Assembly (NCBI GenBank): GCA_965240325.2 | Contig: OZ251224.1 | Coordinates: 992,001-1,056,000 of the forward strand | DNA: 64,000 nt | Direction of reading: 5' to 3' | From: Rebecca billardiae RCC1528 | Lineage: Eukaryota; Protista; Haptophyta | Part shown: piece by piece, positions 1 to 10,791 of the stretch | Numbering within the stretch: position 1 is the first letter of the stretch | How the letters are laid out: each line of letters opens with the position of its first letter | Translations under genes and position numbers: made by a program | The notes under the pieces: generated by a model | Seen by the model: only the letters and a program-made list of their open reading frames with translations | The model's database searches: none | What the model was told of the DNA's origin: nothing

Positions 1-564
1 GCCTTGGGCTTGGTCTTGACCCGAATGACCGAGTTGAGGCTCCGAGGAGCCCTGCACCGCCGGCCGGGCGGCGCGGTGCGAGCCTGCTCATGGCGGGCGC
101 GGGCCGTTGGCGGCGCTCTAACTAGTATGCTGTGTCAACTGTCTGAATTGCGACATGGCATTATTCATCAGCTATAATCTGCGCTAGTTATACGCGCAAA
201 TAATAATAACTCTGTGACTCGGACTGTCAGTCAGGCCAGATAATTCCCATTCTGAGGTGGGTTACTATTTGTTGTATGTTGAGACCCCTTCGTAGTTCGT
301 AACAGTTCGCGGCCTCCCAGGGGGCGCCAGGCGGGGTCAGAGCCAGGCCCCTCGCGGGCCGGGACACGGGTCCCCGCGGAGAGCACTATGCCCCCCCCCC
401 CCCCCCCGGCCGTGCCCGTCCGGGGGGGGGCGGGGGGGCTCCCGTGCCTCCGGACTGGCGCGGGCGGTAGTTACGGTATTCAAGAAGACGATATGATTCG
501 ATTTAGACCAGGCATGAATCCGCTTCGTACCGGTCCGGGCGGATCGGATCAACTCGGAGTGACA

Positions 565-2103
565 ATGGCGGCCGTGCTGTGCGTTTGGGTCTGGTCGTTC
601 GCGTGCGCACATCAGCCGCAGCCGCATGCGGCGTCTCCGGGCTGGCGGCTGCACACGTACGCCCCGCCTCTGGAGCAGCTCGGCGTGTCGGCAGAGGCGG
701 CAGCGCGCTACTGGCGGCACATTCAGATCGGACCGACGCGCTTGCCCTGGGACGCCGGTGGGCAGGCGCACAACCTTGCGCGGGATCTACCTAGAGCGCT
801 ACCAGCATGGACAGGTCCACCGCCCCGCCGAGCAGACGAGCGCGTGCTCTCCTTCCTTCCGATCGCGCCGTACGTGCTGTGCATGAACTCAGACGACTAC
901 GGTGCCGAGACGAGCAACGCCATGATGCGCCTCAAGGGCTCGTTCCCGAACTGGCGCAAACCTCCAGCGATGCGCAACGCGATGAACCCGCCGTGCCTTG
1001 CCAACACGACACTCGCATGTCCTGCGTACGAGCGCGTGCTGCGCTGGATGACCGAGCAGCCAAGCTGGCGTGCCCGTGAGCACCTGCATGCCCTGCTGCT
1101 CATGTCGGCCGACGTGCCGCGCCTCGCGCACGAGTGTGCCGAGCGGAACCGCATCCCTGAGCACGAGCGGTCGGTGTACGCCCTTGTGGGCCGTTCGATC
1201 CTCATCACGACGGAGGGGCGGCGCTGGACGTGGCGCGAGGAGCGCGCGGACGGCAGGCTGCTCGTCGCGCCGGACTGGACACCGCCCTTCTTCATGTTCA
1301 ACGGCTCGCACGCGCGCCTCCGCGCCTCCAAAACCGAGCTCGTGGCGATGAAGACCGTCGCAGCAAAAGAGTGCCACCGGTACGACAACCCACGACATCC
1401 GGCGAAGATGTATTGTGCGTCGTCGCCCGAGGCACGGCGTGCTATCGACGCTGGCAGGACGCCCCTCGCTGACGCACGGCCCGGTGAGGTCAGGCGCGCC
1501 CTGGTGATCGCCATGCACAACCTGACCGGCCTGCCGACGGGCCAGTACTTGTCCGGGCGGACCAAGCTGGAGAAGGCCCCAAAGACGGCGCTGCTGAGGA
1601 TCGCGCGCGCGTACAAGAAGGCGATCTTCACCATCGTGCCGCCCGGGGACACCGTCACATCGTGTCGCGTGTACAACGCGCTCGCAGCCGTCTCCATCCC
1701 AGTGCTCCTCATCCCTGACGAGTTCCTGCCCTTCCACTCGCTCGTGCCGTGGGCCAACGTCTCGCTGTCCATCGACCCTGCGGACGTGCTCGCCTACGCG
1801 CGAAGCAAGGCCCACGGAACCTCGCAGCACGCAAATCCACTGTGGAAGCTGCAGCAGCTTGTCGACTCGGAGCCACACCGGGTGGCCGAGATGCAGCGCC
1901 AGCTGGCAAAGTACCGCTGGCACGTGATGTACCACAACGGCTCGCCCAAGTCCAAGATGGGCGTCGTGCCCTTTGACCGGGAAGACGAGGAAGACCGCGC
2001 TCGCAGGCCGCCGCAAGAGTGGCCCTCCGCTGCAAAGAGCGTGGCGCATGATCTGGTGCTCGCTGCCGAGCGACGACGACGCTCGTTGACTGCAGGGCGG
2101 TGA
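565..2103 (+). CDS. Exostosin-like glycosyltransferase (GT47)
   Basis: C-terminal AIFTIVPPGDTVTSCRVYNALAAVSIPVLL..EFLPFHSLVPW matches the exostosin motif (FCL.P.GD....R..DA....CIPV). Probable start is ATG 565 (hydrophobic MAAVLCVWVWSFACA) within ORF 388..2103. No intron needed. Confidence 0.75.
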   Translation: MAAVLCVWVWSFACAHQPQPHAASPGWRLHTYAPPLEQLGVSAEAAARYWRHIQIGPTRLPWDAGGQAHNLARDLPRALPAWTGPPPRRADERVLSFLPIAPYVLCMNSDDYGAETSNAMMRLKGSFPNWRKPPAMRNAMNPPCLANTTLACPAYERVLRWMTEQPSWRAREHLHALLLMSADVPRLAHECAERNRIPEHERSVYALVGRSILITTEGRRWTWREERADGRLLVAPDWTPPFFMFNGSHARLRASKTELVAMKTVAAKECHRYDNPRHPAKMYCASSPEARRAIDAGRTPLADARPGEVRRALVIAMHNLTGLPTGQYLSGRTKLEKAPKTALLRIARAYKKAIFTIVPPGDTVTSCRVYNALAAVSIPVLLIPDEFLPFHSLVPWANVSLSIDPADVLAYARSKAHGTSQHANPLWKLQQLVDSEPHRVAEMQRQLAKYRWHVMYHNGSPKSKMGVVPFDREDEEDRARRPPQEWPSAAKSVAHDLVLAAERRRRSLTAGR

Positions 2104-2251
2104 CGAGTCGTTAGTGTGGTGCTCGGGCCCCGCGGGTGGACCGCGCGTCGCGTCGAAGCCGGAGCCGCGCAGCCTGACGCCTGGCTGTGCATGATCAGCG
2201 TGGGCCTTGCTGTCTAATAACCCTGTCAGTGGCGCGCGGTTTATTGCTGAT

Positions 2252-2316
2252 GATATATACATATACATATATATATATGTATATATATGGATGATGTATA
2301 TACATATATATATGTA
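2252..2316. repeat. TA-rich microsatellite
   Basis: Runs of atatatatacatatacatatat... Confidence 0.8.
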
Positions 2317-3033
2317 TCTGATGACGTAATATGATTTTATAGCAGCATTCAGTTGATGATGTCGACGATCAGATAGTGAGATATCGAGTCATCGTCGTCT
2401 GACGATGATGCTGACACTGTCAGTCGCAGCGCGCACAGGCGTCCGATCCGCGCGGGGTCGTCGGCCGTACAAGCACTGATGAGTCATCACTGATGAAGCA
2501 GCTAGTGCCCGAATTCACGCGGCGAATTCAATAACATATTACTAATAACAAGACCACTCGGCTCTGCTGAATCTAAGCAGCGGTGTTCTGAGTGAGTCAG
2601 CGGCAGTGAGCACGACTCAGCAGCAGCAGTAGTTAGCGGCGGCCTGCGCGCGCGTGCCGCCCAGCTGACCCGTGACGGGCCGTGTGACCGGGCGCCGTGC
2701 CGCCGCCCGAGCCGCTCGGCGCGGATCGGTCATTCGGCGGCCGGCGGGAGCCACGGACAGAGAGTATACGGTATTGCTAGATAACGGTACGTATACGTAT
2801 AGCTCTGCTGCCAGTCTGTCGCGGTAGAGCTAGTGATAGGTCTTAAATCGACATTATCAGTTAATTCGTCTGGCTCACTGGGTCTGGGACTCCACCGACA
2901 CGATGGCCCAGTACACCGGCCTACGTGCCTCCGCGTCAGGCCGTCGCCGTCTGGACAGTCGACACGCCATCACCGCGAGTGAGGCCCATGTGGCACATCA
3001 ACACGACACGCCCGGACACGGGCTCTGTCGGGC

Positions 3034-4797
3034 TCAGCCAAAGAAGCCGCCACCGCCTCCGAAGCCTCCCCCGAATCCAAATCGTGAGGGGTCGGGCATG
3101 TCTGGGTGGAGCCCTCGCCCGCCCATGCCACGGCCGAGGCCGCGCCCACGCCCCATGCCCCGCCCGGGCATCGGCACGCCGCCCGCGCCGCCAAACCCAC
3201 CGTCGACATCCATGTCCGGATGGATCGGGTCAAAGCGCGAGCCTGGGGGCACAGCGCCGCCGGGCAGCCGGCCGTCGGGGTCTCCGAGCGGGCCGAGCGG
3301 CATGCCGCCGCCACCGCCGCCAAAGGGGTCGCCGCGCGGGCCGCCGATGGGCAGCCCGCCGGGCAGCCCGCCGGGCAGCCGGTCGTGGTCGCCGCCGATC
3401 ATCCCAGGGAAGGGCATCGGCCCGCCCCCAAACGGCCCGAGCGGGCCGGTCGGGTGTGGCCTCGCCGGGTGCGGCAAAAACATGGCGCGCGCCGCCTCCT
3501 GCTCGGCGCGCATGCGCGCCTCCATCTCGCGGCGCGAGGCGGCTGCTTGCTTCACGTGCTCGGCGTACACGCGGCGCCAGCCGCCCGGCGGCGGCGTCGC
3601 CGGCACGCCGACCACGAAGTCCTCCGCCACCAGCCGGCGCCACAGCTGATCGTCCTGCGCGGTCGCGCGCAGCCCGCGGCAGGTCGCACCGACCGCGACG
3701 AGGCTGCGGGCGTCGAGGTGGTGCAGGAGGGAGTAGCGCAGCTCCGCGCACAGGTCGACGAGGAGCGCGCGCTGGCTCAGCGCGCGAAGCTGCGCGAGCA
3801 GCGGCTGCACCACGCGCAGGCCCGCCTCGCGCGCGAACTTGGCGGGCGAGCGCAGCGTGGCCGAGTCTCGCCAGCTCGCCGGCCCCGCCTGCGCGAGCGC
3901 CGCCGCGGGCGGGAGGTGGGGCGCCAGGCTGCGCAGGGCGAGGGCGGGCAGGCGCGGCGCGTGAGAGCCGCGCGCGCCGCGGGCCGCGCGCGCCACCCGC
4001 GCGCACACGCACCTGAGCTGCCACGTGTTCACGGCTGGCTCCTCAGCGCACGTCACGACTGAGTTGACGACGACGGCGAGCGGAGGCGCCACGCCGCCCG
4101 CGCCCATGGCGATGAGCTTGAGCTGCACCGCGGGCTGGGCTGCGTGAGCCGCGGGCGCGGCGGTGCCGTCAGGCAGAGGCCTCGCGACGGACGGGTGCTC
4201 GTACTCGAGCGCGCACAGGCCGGGCACGCCGTTCCAGCCCTGAGACAGGCCACTCGGCAGCGCCGATGCCGGCACGAAGCCCGCGTCGAGCATGAGCGCG
4301 TGCACGGCGGCGGCAACGAACTCGAGCGCGCTCGAAGCGTTGGCAGCAGGCAGCACCGTCTCGAAGCGCATCCGCGCGCCCTCTGGCAGCTCGTCTGCGG
4401 CCACGGCCGCCGCGGCCACCGCGGCTGCGCCCGAAGCCACGGGCGGTGCGCGAGCGGCTGCTGCCGCGGCCACAGCAACAGGAGGAACAGGGCGCGGGGC
4501 AGGCGCGGCGGGCGCGGGCTGCTCAGCAAGCATCGGGTCTGCGCCAGCTTGCTCGGCGGCCGATGTCTGGCCAGCGTCCACTCCGCCATCGAGCACGTAG
4601 AGCAGGTCGCCCGAGCGCAGGCCGAGATCGTGCAGCGAGCCCTCGCCCGTCAGCTCCGTCTTCTTGTTCAGCGAGACGCGGACCTCCTCGATGCCCGTGG
4701 ACGCGCGAATCGCTTCGACGAGGTCGCCCAGCGTACCCGACGCCTGCACGCGAGCGATGTTCGCGCCCGACGTGGCGGACTTGACGCGGAAGAGCAT
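3034..4797 (-). CDS. FBXO7: FBXO7-like protein: ubiquitin-like + FP (Fbxo7/PI31) + F-box + Pro/Gly-rich PI31-type tail; intron 3929..4012
   Basis: Ubl (MLFRVKS..LHDLGLRSGDLLYV), FP domain (AAAVHALMLDAGF..GW), F-box (LVDLCAELRYSLLHHLDARSLVAVGATCRGLRATAQDDQLWRRL) and the GAVPPGSRFDP motif. An in-frame 84-bp GT-AG intron removes a low-complexity stretch. Confidence 0.75.
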   Translation of the reverse strand: MLFRVKSATSGANIARVQASGTLGDLVEAIRASTGIEEVRVSLNKKTELTGEGSLHDLGLRSGDLLYVLDGGVDAGQTSAAEQAGADPMLAEQPAPAAPAPRPVPPVAVAAAAAARAPPVASGAAAVAAAAVAADELPEGARMRFETVLPAANASSALEFVAAAVHALMLDAGFVPASALPSGLSQGWNGVPGLCALEYEHPSVARPLPDGTAAPAAHAAQPAVQLKLIAMGAGGVAPPLAVVVNSVVTCAEEPAVNTWQLRCVCARVARAARGARGSHAPRLPALALRSLAPHLPPAAALAQAGPASWRDSATLRSPAKFAREAGLRVVQPLLAQLRALSQRALLVDLCAELRYSLLHHLDARSLVAVGATCRGLRATAQDDQLWRRLVAEDFVVGVPATPPPGGWRRVYAEHVKQAAASRREMEARMRAEQEAARAMFLPHPARPHPTGPLGPFGGGPMPFPGMIGGDHDRLPGGLPGGLPIGGPRGDPFGGGGGGMPLGPLGDPDGRLPGGAVPPGSRFDPIHPDMDVDGGFGGAGGVPMPGRGMGRGRGLGRGMGGRGLHPDMPDPSRFGFGGGFGGGGGFFG

Positions 4798-5787
4798 CGC
4801 CGATACGGTGGCACCAGGCGGGGGGCGGGCGGCCGTGGTCAAGGAAGTTGCGGACGTCCTCCGGCTTGCAAACCAAGCCCCCCAAAACAGGATGACGGGC
4901 ACTGGGCGACGCGAGGGCCCGCGTGCGCAGCGCTCCCAAGGCCGCATGCGGGCTTGACAGCCGTGCGCGGGCGCTTTGCGGGAGCGAGAACAGCCGTAGG
5001 CAGCCATCGCGCCGCCTCGTCCACGCCCTCGCCGCCCTCTCTGCGCGCAGAGACCTGCCGAATGGCAGGCGCAGTTCTCGAGAAGGCCTGTCCGACGAGC
5101 GTGATGGGCGCGCGTGCGTCCCTGGGGCGTTCAAGGTCGGCTTTTTCGCGTCTGTGCGATGGGCAGGAGAGTACTCAACATCACTGCGTCGCCATCAGCC
5201 ATGCTGACATCGGTTGGACCGCACGCGCGTGCGCGGCAGCTGGCAGGCCAGCAAGCGGTTGAAATGGCGGCGCGCGTGATCACAAGGCTGTCGACGAGGA
5301 GACCGCAGTGCGAGCAAAAGGAGGGCACGCCAGACATGCGTATCGGTCGCGGGGCGTGCGTGACCCGTGAGCACGGGCGCGACGGGCGCGACGAACGCCG
5401 CCATGCGCCTCGACGCGCACGCGCCGCGGCGGACGACCGAGGAGGGCGGGCGGGCTGGCCTTGCTGGCCTTCTCCGTGCTGCGGCAGTCCGGGAGTGCCC
5501 GCGCACGCGCAGATCGTATTCAAAAGCTCCCGGACGGGCAACACCTCCTTAAGAGGTGTTGCCCGCCAAGGCGCGAGGGGTTTTGGGGGGCTTGGTTTGC
5601 AAGCCTCCGGACCGCTCCCGCCGAGGATGTGTCCCCGTGTCAGCCCTGTCCTTCTGTGACATTCAGGCCGCCGTCGGTACAGTCAACAAACGATGACTGT
5701 ACACTACCGTCTGAAGGTCACGGTACAACGGACAACGGTACATCATGATTCTGATAGACTATGATTCTAGTATACGTTACAGTTACT

Positions 5788-7220
5788 AAACTGTGCCCTG
5801 GCGGGCGGGGGGGTCGGCGGGCCGTGCCAGTGCTGTCGCAATGTATCCTTTGCGGGTTCGCGTCTTTCCACATTCGCTCGTGGCCGTGGGTGACGGACAG
5901 TCGAGTGCAAGGACCAGTGACACGTGAAGTTGGCTCCCCGACGTGATGTACACACGTTTCACGGTCTGTACTCTTAGAGTATTGTATGCGCATCAGCGAG
6001 GCCCACACCCACGAGGGAATGTGCAGCACGCGGGGCGGGGCGGGTAGCCCGTTGCTCCGCGCGAGCGCGGGTACGCGTTGTATGTGCCGCATATCGACCG
6101 CGATGGCGTAATCGAGCGCCTCGCCGCCGTGGGCTCGGCGCAGGTCGCGTTGACGTCGTACACGGCCACCACGCTGAGCACGAGCGCGTTGACGTTCACG
6201 CGGTCGTCGCTCTTCGCATCTTCGACAGGTCTGGCGCTCGCGTGCTCGGGGGCACGAGGAGCTGTTGGTTGTGCGCGCGCGCGCGCACAGCGACAGCGTG
6301 TGCACTCGCGATCGAGAGTGGGCAAGCGCTGCTCACGCGAGCACACGAATCGCAGCGCATCCGTCACCGGCGTGACGACTTCCGCCTCGTCCCGCAGCGC
6401 CTGCGCCATGGACGAGGCCATGGCGCGGCGATGTTGCATGCTCGACGTTTCATCTCTCTGCGGATGGCATCACGGGCTTGTCTGTGTCGCGCTGCGGCGA
6501 GGGTCGCCAACTCGCGATGACGCGGTTGCTGCCACGGCGACAGACCCGGGAGGTGCGTCCGCTGCGCGTCGTACGCCGTTGGCGCTGCGCTTCCGTCGCA
6601 TTGGTCACCGTCGACGCCATGCAGGCCGGACGTGGGCTTCGGCAATGACTGAGTCCGGTGCGCGGATTCCGGCGATCGAGTTCAGAAGGCCGCGCCAAAT
6701 CTTGCGTCGCGTGCGATGGCGCTTCCCGCCCGCGAGACGCCTCGTGATGAGGGCTTTCTCGCACCGAGCCCGACGCGCGACGGTGGATCGCGCGAGGCGT
6801 TCATCGTGCGCAGCGCATGATGCTATGGCCGGTGCGAGCTTTCGACGTGCACGTCGGGCGAGGATCGCCCCAGGTCGCACGATCGTGTCGACGCGCCGAG
6901 CGTACCGCTCCAAACGTGTCGATTTAGCCCCCGTTCGACCTGCACGCGAGACGACGAGGGCAGCAATCGCGAATCGGGCGAAAACCCCCCTCGGGAGTCC
7001 TCTCGCGATGTCCGCGCCGGCGTTGGATTCGGCGCGCGCCGCCCATGCGCTCCGCGCCATGCGTCTGTTGTTTTCGGCCGAGCGTCCCCAGTGGGAGCTG
7101 CGAGGGCGCCCGGTAGTGAGCGAAGCGATTTTCTTTTCTTGGCGAGGCGATTTTCTTTTTCTTTTTCTTTTTCTTATCTTTTTCCCGGGCACTACAAGGG
7201 GCGGACCTACGGCCCGCCAT
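5788..7220 (-). mobile_element. Family A Helentron-like non-autonomous element, copy 1
   Basis: High similarity to 18957-20477, 38623-40189 and 27426-28267. Subterminal inverted repeats ggcgggccgt (5816-5825) / acggcccgcc (7209-7218). No TSD seen. Confidence 0.75.
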
Positions 7221-9179
7221 AACGTGTAACGTTTCAAGCAATAGGTATGCACACCTTAGCTATCAGAACAACGATCAGTGACAGCCTGGGATCTAGCCGC
7301 CGACAGACTGTCATCGGTCATTGCATAGGGGGGCCAAACCGCCCATTTAAAAATGAAAAGCAAAGTCGCGTCGCATTTTCGCTCCGCCCTCGGCCTTTTA
7401 GGGTGGCGCGGAGCCTTTTTCTCGGACCCCGCTCGAAAATCGAGCTCCGACGCCTCGGACGCTCAGAGCTCGGTTCCGCTCCAGCGCGAGCGGCCGGAGG
7501 CAGTGGACCGCCGCGCGCTCGCGACCTTTGAGACGCCGAGATGGTCTCGGGTGCGCGCGCGCGTGACGCTGGTGGGCGCTACTGACCCGTGCCTTTGCGC
7601 CACCAGCGGCTCACCACCCGCTTCTTGGCCACCTCGCGCCGTGCGCGGCGCGCGTCGGCCGGCTTGAATTGGCGCGCTGCGTGCGCCCGTCACGCTACCG
7701 CTCGGTGTGGGTCATGATCAACTCGGAGTGGTGAGATCGGTGCTCGGAGCAGTTGTCTAGGTATGTATGTGCATGGTCAACTCGCCTAACCTGCCCTACT
7801 GCGCCGGAATCGCCGTCAGCAGACCGGCGCGAGCTCGCGCGCAACACCTCCGCGGAGCTCGCAACTGTCATGTTCCGCTTGTAGGGCCCGTGTTTGCACC
7901 TGCCGTGGCACTTGCGATGGTCAGTACGTTGGGTATGGGTCACGTGTGCCCTCTGATGGCGTCTGGGCGCCTCCCATTCGCCTCTCAGGACGTCGCGGAC
8001 GTGCTCGCAGGCAGCGGTTGGCTCATTCGACAGGTCCGACGTGCACTCGACCGTGCCTGCAAGCGCGCCCCTGTGACGCTCATGCCTGCAGAAGCAGATG
8101 CAGATGGGCCCTCGTGCACCCTGGTGCGCCCAAGACCGGCGGGAGCGTCAGAGACCGTCTCAATCTTGACACCTTGCACACGCCGGCGCTTGCCGTTGGG
8201 CTCCGCGCAGCCAGCCAGGAGCGCCGAACAGCGCCGGATCAGCCTCTGTAGGCCGAATATCCGCCCCTAAGCCCAGAAATAGCGCGGAACAGGGTAGTGC
8301 GTACCTATATGGACCAATCCCATCCAGCCTGGTTTGGTGCAGACACGCCAGCCACCGCCTGGAGCAGACGTTTGCTGCCGAATCGCATGCTCGGCACTGT
8401 GCCGCACTGCGACGACGACAAATTTGACCTGCCTCGTAGGTCTCGGCCAGGGAGCGGTGACGGTTGGCTCGAGTGACTTTAAACCTTGACTATGACCGAG
8501 AGCACTCCCGGGCTGAGGACGTGGGGCCGGTGCTTTGGGTCTACTATGTCTGCAATACGCCGTACGCGTGGCCGTATACACAGTCTGAAAACGTATCTCG
8601 CAGCTCGAGATCAGACGAGGCTGTATTCATCAGCATGGCGCCTATATACACAGTGGGTATGCAACGATGAACGATCGGTGGCTTCTAGGAAACTACATAT
8701 TTGACAGCCTGCCAGTACACAGCCTATATCGCATGTTGGGACCTGCTGCTGCTGAGGACTCAGAACGATCTCGCTGAGATGCTCTATCAAAGTGAGGTCG
8801 ACATGGTCTATATGTCACATATAGGACGACCGTTACATGCCGTTTCCAATAAGTTCAGGCTCATTCTAATAAGTAAATATGCTAGCCGTTACGCCCTATA
8901 TTCAGGGTATGTGCACCTGATTTTTTTACATGCATGGCCGGCCCAGACCCCTCCAGAGGGCAAATGATCCAGCCCGAAATCAGCTCTAAACACTCGCTAG
9001 GACCCGCGCTCGTGGCCGTCAGTAACGCTACAGTGCCACTTTGGCCCCCCTACATCGGACAGACTGTCGATTATTCCGGTGGCAGACTGGCACAGTGGGC
9101 GCAGCTCGGCTGCGTCAGCTCGGCCGTGACCGGGCCAGGCGGCGGGTCGGACCTGACAGTGACAGTCATGTCACATGTG

Positions 9180-10616
9180 TCAGCCGCGCCATTGCGGCGG
9201 CGGCTTTGCGCCGGCCTTGTCAGGACCGTACAGCTCGCTCCACCAGCTGGTCGCCTGACTTGGCGTCGGCGATGATCCGGCCGCCGGGCGGCCGGGTGCG
9301 GTCATGCTCGTGGTGTTGGAGCCGCCCGGCAGCGCGGCGAAGTTGGGCCGGAGCCGGTCGACGACCCACTGCAGCGCCCTGGCCGTGCGCGCGCGCGTGG
9401 CGACCACCCTGCTCTCGGCAAGCTCGAGCTTGTCCGCGGTGCGCTCCAGCCCGGCAGCCATGGCCAGGCGGCGCTGCTCGACCGCAAAGCGCAAGTTGTC
9501 CTGCAGCACGCGCACGGGCCCCGAGATCACCACGTCCACCTGGTACTCGCCTGTGAACGGGTCGCTCAGGTCGGTGAGCAGCCCGGTGAGCGCGACGAGG
9601 AACGAGCACATGAACGAGAACGCGACGCGGATCTTGAGCGCCTCGCCAAACGACTCGTCGAGCGCGCCCGCGCACTCGGTCAGGAACGCGAAGATGACCG
9701 AGCAGCCCAGCACGAAGACCAGCACCCAGTGCAGCACGGGGAACTCGGTCTCGCGCGACGAGCGCCGGCGCGCGCGCACGCAGTCGAGCTGCACGATCAG
9801 GTTCGTGCCCGCCGTCGCCGTGTTGATGATCAGGTCGGGCAGCTTGGCGCGCTCGACCAGCTTCCGGTCGACGCTCGTGAAGATGAGCGAGTGCAGCTTG
9901 CGCGAGTGCTCGCGCTGGTCCTCGCTCAGCAGCTGCCGGTCGACGTCAGGGCAGCGCCATGAGCACTCGCACAGCAGGCTGATCAGGTAGCCTCGGATCT
10001 CGAACAGCGCGACCGCCAGCCGCGCGGGCGCGTCCCCGAGCAGGTGGCGGAACACTGTCGTGAGGTCCTCCAGCACCTGCAGCTCGGTGTTGAGCTCCTC
10101 GCGCAGCCTGCGCTGGCGCTCCCACTGGCGCGAGATCGTGGTGGAGACGAGCGTGCCAAAGAGCAGCGAGTTGGTCGGCAGCAGCACCGACGTGAGCACC
10201 GTCGTCGAGAGTGCGCGCGTCTGCGGCGACACTCTCCGCAGCGCCGTCACCGAGAGCGCGTCGACCAGCTCAGGCAGAGCCAGGTAGGCGAGCACCCCCA
10301 CGACGGGCACGAGCGCGATGATGATGTACGTGCGCGTGCGCACGATCTCGTCCAGCAGCGTCACCGGCCCGAACAGCGTCGACTCCGCCTCCTTCACCGA
10401 GACTACGCCGTCGCCGTTCTGGTCGAGCTGCTGCAGGTCGCTCAGCTTCTGCAGTAGCTCGTTGCGCGTGCTCCCCACCCTGGGTCCGGGCAGTATGGCC
10501 ATGCGTGGCGACACGCCGCGCCAGGTCGATCGTATGGCCGGCGCGCGCAGCGCTGCTGCGGGTGAGCACGTCCACGCGCCCAGCAGCACGAGGCTGCTCA
10601 ACGTGTGGACCACCAT
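9180..10616 (-). CDS. Plastid-targeted multi-pass membrane protein, DUF4239/bestrophin-like, with N-terminal EF-hand
   Basis: Signal+transit leader (MVVHTLSSLVLLGAWTCSPAAA-LRAP), EF loop DQNGDGVVSVKE, LLFGTLVSTTISRQWERQRRLR, FPVLHW and DLSDPFTGEYQV, all typical of DUF4239-like proteins. Confidence 0.7.
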   Translation of the reverse strand: MVVHTLSSLVLLGAWTCSPAAALRAPAIRSTWRGVSPRMAILPGPRVGSTRNELLQKLSDLQQLDQNGDGVVSVKEAESTLFGPVTLLDEIVRTRTYIIIALVPVVGVLAYLALPELVDALSVTALRRVSPQTRALSTTVLTSVLLPTNSLLFGTLVSTTISRQWERQRRLREELNTELQVLEDLTTVFRHLLGDAPARLAVALFEIRGYLISLLCECSWRCPDVDRQLLSEDQREHSRKLHSLIFTSVDRKLVERAKLPDLIINTATAGTNLIVQLDCVRARRRSSRETEFPVLHWVLVFVLGCSVIFAFLTECAGALDESFGEALKIRVAFSFMCSFLVALTGLLTDLSDPFTGEYQVDVVISGPVRVLQDNLRFAVEQRRLAMAAGLERTADKLELAESRVVATRARTARALQWVVDRLRPNFAALPGGSNTTSMTAPGRPAAGSSPTPSQATSWWSELYGPDKAGAKPPPQWRG

Positions 10617-10791
10617 GCGCGTCCGCGGCCTGCTGCGAGTCGGGCGGCAGCTTCTCCCAGCACTCGAGCAGCTCGCGGTACAGCGTCGACACGAGCGTGG
10701 CTGGTCCCCGCGCGCCCGATCAGCCGGCGACGGCGGCGGTCTCGTCAGTAAGTTCTCAAATTCGCGACCGGCAGGACTGCCACTGCTGTAG

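Noticed and set aside
7320-9100. Possible autonomous transposase, Fanzor/TnpB or RT remnants
   Set aside because: Only short broken ORFs with no catalytic motif I can recognise; probably decayed TE DNA. Needs BLASTx.
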